From Prorocentrum cordatum (taxonomy: Eukaryota), in assembly GCA_963575745.1 (NCBI GenBank), contig CAUYUJ010000230.1, positions 62,001 to 116,561 of the forward strand: 54,561 nt of DNA. The letters run 5' to 3'. The position numbers and the translations under genes were made by a program. Positions 52,810-54,561 of the stretch are shown here, one piece after another; the stretch's first letter is position 1; the number at the start of each line of letters is the position of its first letter. Under the pieces are notes generated by a model, which had not been told where the DNA came from, ran no database searches, and worked only from the letters and a program-made list of their open reading frames with translations.

Positions 52810-54079
52810 ACGTCGGAGGCCAGAGGACATTCAGGCATGTTTAGAGTGGGCACACTACGACGTTGATTTCACAGTCTCGGTCCTGTCCATAGACATTGCT
52901 ATTGACCCTGTCCTTGGGAACTTGATGCGACCCCAGACCTTGGAGGTTTGGAAGGAACACATCCGAGCGCGCAGGGTGGCCCTCTCTGGAGGTGGGCCTC
53001 CCTGCGAAACCTGGTCAGCCATCCGATGGGCTCGGAACATGGGGCCCCCACCACTGCGGTCCCACGACGATTTCTGGGGCATGCTTGCCATTACACCGCG
53101 TCAGATGGAGCAGGTACGTGTTGGCAACGAGCTACTAGGAGCCATGATAGGACTTTTTGCCCTTCACCTAGCCGTAGGCACATGTTGTTGGATGGAGCAT
53201 CCAGTACCAGCGTCGTGGCGACAAGAGGCCGTGAGCTCATTCTTGTGCCCACCCTTGCGCGCGATCATGGCATCACCTGCGGCCTCTACCACCGACTTCG
53301 ATCAGCGCGAACACGGACAATGTGCTCGCGCGCCTACACGGATATTGGTTTTGAGGATGTGTACGCTGCATGGTCGCCTTTTGGAAACGCTTGGTCGCGG
53401 ACGGTGCTCACACGGACAGAACGCCCACGAAGTGCTCATGGGTTTCGACGGTCAAACGAGGGAATGGCGGACGGCCAAAAAGAAGACATACCCCCCCGCG
53501 CTTTGTCATGTATTGGCCGACGGTATAGTGGATGCAGTCAATCATATGCGTGTGACGAGCGGTCCGCAGGCATGGCCAGAGGACATGGGGGAGGAGGAAG
53601 AGGCACTCCGTGGGGCACTAGAGGCCTTTTACGTTGCTTGGGACCCATATCTAGGCACGAACGAGGACTGGGCCCCCGATTTCGTAGGAGCTACGACGCG
53701 ACGTCTGCGCGCCGATCCTGCAAGCTCCAGGTTCTCACCACCCGAGCTCACAAGGGAAAGGCCAGATGCCGACGTACCCGCGCCGTCGCTCGTGCATGAC
53801 CCCAGTGCCACTCCTCGGCAGGCAGGGCCTGCTGAGGCAGACGAAGAGCAGGAATACGCAGACGCCACTGCCTTTCTAGAAGGCGCAGCGGCTCCGTCAC
53901 ATGTTGCACCTACTTCCGCCCCCCCTCCTTTGCCTACTCCAGTCCAGCTCACGGATGCACAGCGCGAGATGATTCAACACAAACGCGCTGAGGCCAGAGA
54001 CAGACGTAAGGCGCGCCTTGCTGCACGCATTGCTCCATGGACGTTGCAGCCAAATTTCGGCAGCGGCATCCTGGGCTAA
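52661..54079 (+). CDS. C5 cytosine DNA methyltransferase domain (about 52780-53530), probably the frameshifted C-terminus of ORF2
   Basis: Ordered motifs: I VLNLFCE (FxG variant), II/III SIDI..GNL, IV GGPPCETWS (PC at 53000-53005), GNELL, VI MEHP, VIII DQREHG..APTRIL, X KTYPPALCHVLA. Confidence 0.85.
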   Translation: MMWMPNPTHLSRQRYPARMFLPDQYTGLAAQALPVAIKKAEYHVLNLFCERRRPEDIQACLEWAHYDVDFTVSVLSIDIAIDPVLGNLMRPQTLEVWKEHIRARRVALSGGGPPCETWSAIRWARNMGPPPLRSHDDFWGMLAITPRQMEQVRVGNELLGAMIGLFALHLAVGTCCWMEHPVPASWRQEAVSSFLCPPLRAIMASPAASTTDFDQREHGQCARAPTRILVLRMCTLHGRLLETLGRGRCSHGQNAHEVLMGFDGQTREWRTAKKKTYPPALCHVLADGIVDAVNHMRVTSGPQAWPEDMGEEEEALRGALEAFYVAWDPYLGTNEDWAPDFVGATTRRLRADPASSRFSPPELTRERPDADVPAPSLVHDPSATPRQAGPAEADEEQEYADATAFLEGAAAPSHVAPTSAPPPLPTPVQLTDAQREMIQHKRAEARDRRKARLAARIAPWTLQPNFGSGILG

Positions 54080-54084
54080 GTAGA

Positions 54085-54400
54085 AGGATGGATGGAGGTT
54101 AGTCAGTGGGTCAAGTGGGGCAGGTTGGATCCCGAGAGAGGGAGCTTCCTCCCCCCTGTTTTGCTCTCTCACTGCCAGCCGCTATCCCTCTTGCCGCAAT
54201 GAAGTTGTCTATGTGGTGTTGACCCCTACCACCCGACCCACCAGTTTTGCCAAATCTGTCGGAGGCGGCTGTTTTCAAGCATGCCGCCATGGCTAGTGCC
54301 ATGGATGTTGCAGGTACAGCGGGTTCAGGTCCAGGCCCCTAGAATACTGGCTTGTGGGGACCACACTGGGAGTTTCGAAGGGGCGCTGAATTTTTCTGGC
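54085..54400 (+). repeat. Degenerate direct copy of the element's RNase H coding region (about 47615-47960)
   Basis: Exact blocks: 54208-54227 = 47721-47740 (20 nt), 54289-54314 = 47793-47818 (26 nt), 54324-54339 = 47830-47845 (16 nt). Weaker similarity of 54345-54397 to 47901-47955. Confidence 0.88.
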
Positions 54401-54561
54401 CGCGCACGCACTTCTGCGGACGACGCAGCCGATTCTCGGCAGCGACATCTTACGACTGTAGTAGGTGGGGGGGGAGTTTCAGGTCAGGTTTGGAGGAGGT
54501 CGTGGAGGGATACGAGCGAGGAAGCGACCGACCTGCTCCTTTTTTTCGCTCTCTCGCTCTC

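Larger units (their letters stand above)
45162..54400 (+). mobile_element. Non-LTR (LINE-type) retrotransposon carrying a C5 cytosine DNA methyltransferase; near full length, frameshifted; boundaries approximate
   Basis: Colinear ORF1, RNase H, APE, RT (YADD 51142-51153), Zn fingers and DNMT motifs on one strand. The 5' side abuts a (CCT)n tract. No polyA tail or TSD recognised. Confidence 0.88.

Noticed and set aside
47721..54339. Diversity-generating retroelement TR/VR pair
   Set aside because: Differences include indels and all bases rather than adenines only, and the RT is LINE-type.

Overview
Eukaryotic, repeat-rich DNA, very probably from a dinoflagellate. The evidence is a 20/22 match to the dinoflagellate spliced leader at 8156-8177, GC/GA intron donors and huge (GAT)n/(GGA)n tracts. 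Most long ORFs in the supplied track are microsatellite artefacts. Real content: (1) a + strand host gene for an HPR/OPR-type (RAP/FAST-family-like) helical-repeat RNA-binding protein, split into at least 9 small exons across 12.5-45 kb that splice into one open frame; (2) a ~9 kb, frameshifted non-LTR retrotransposon at ~45.2-54.4 kb with ORF1 (RanBP2-type Zn finger + coiled coil) and ORF2 in the order RNase H - AP endonuclease - RT - Zn fingers - C5 cytosine DNA methyltransferase, followed by a patchy second copy of its own RNase H coding region; (3) two decayed minus-strand LINEs in introns, one carrying nested DNA-transposon derivatives; (4) a DIRS-like gag remnant preceded by the spliced-leader relic, MITEs, a dispersed palindromic element family, and mini/microsatellites. 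All calls come from manual reading and motif recognition; no searches were run.
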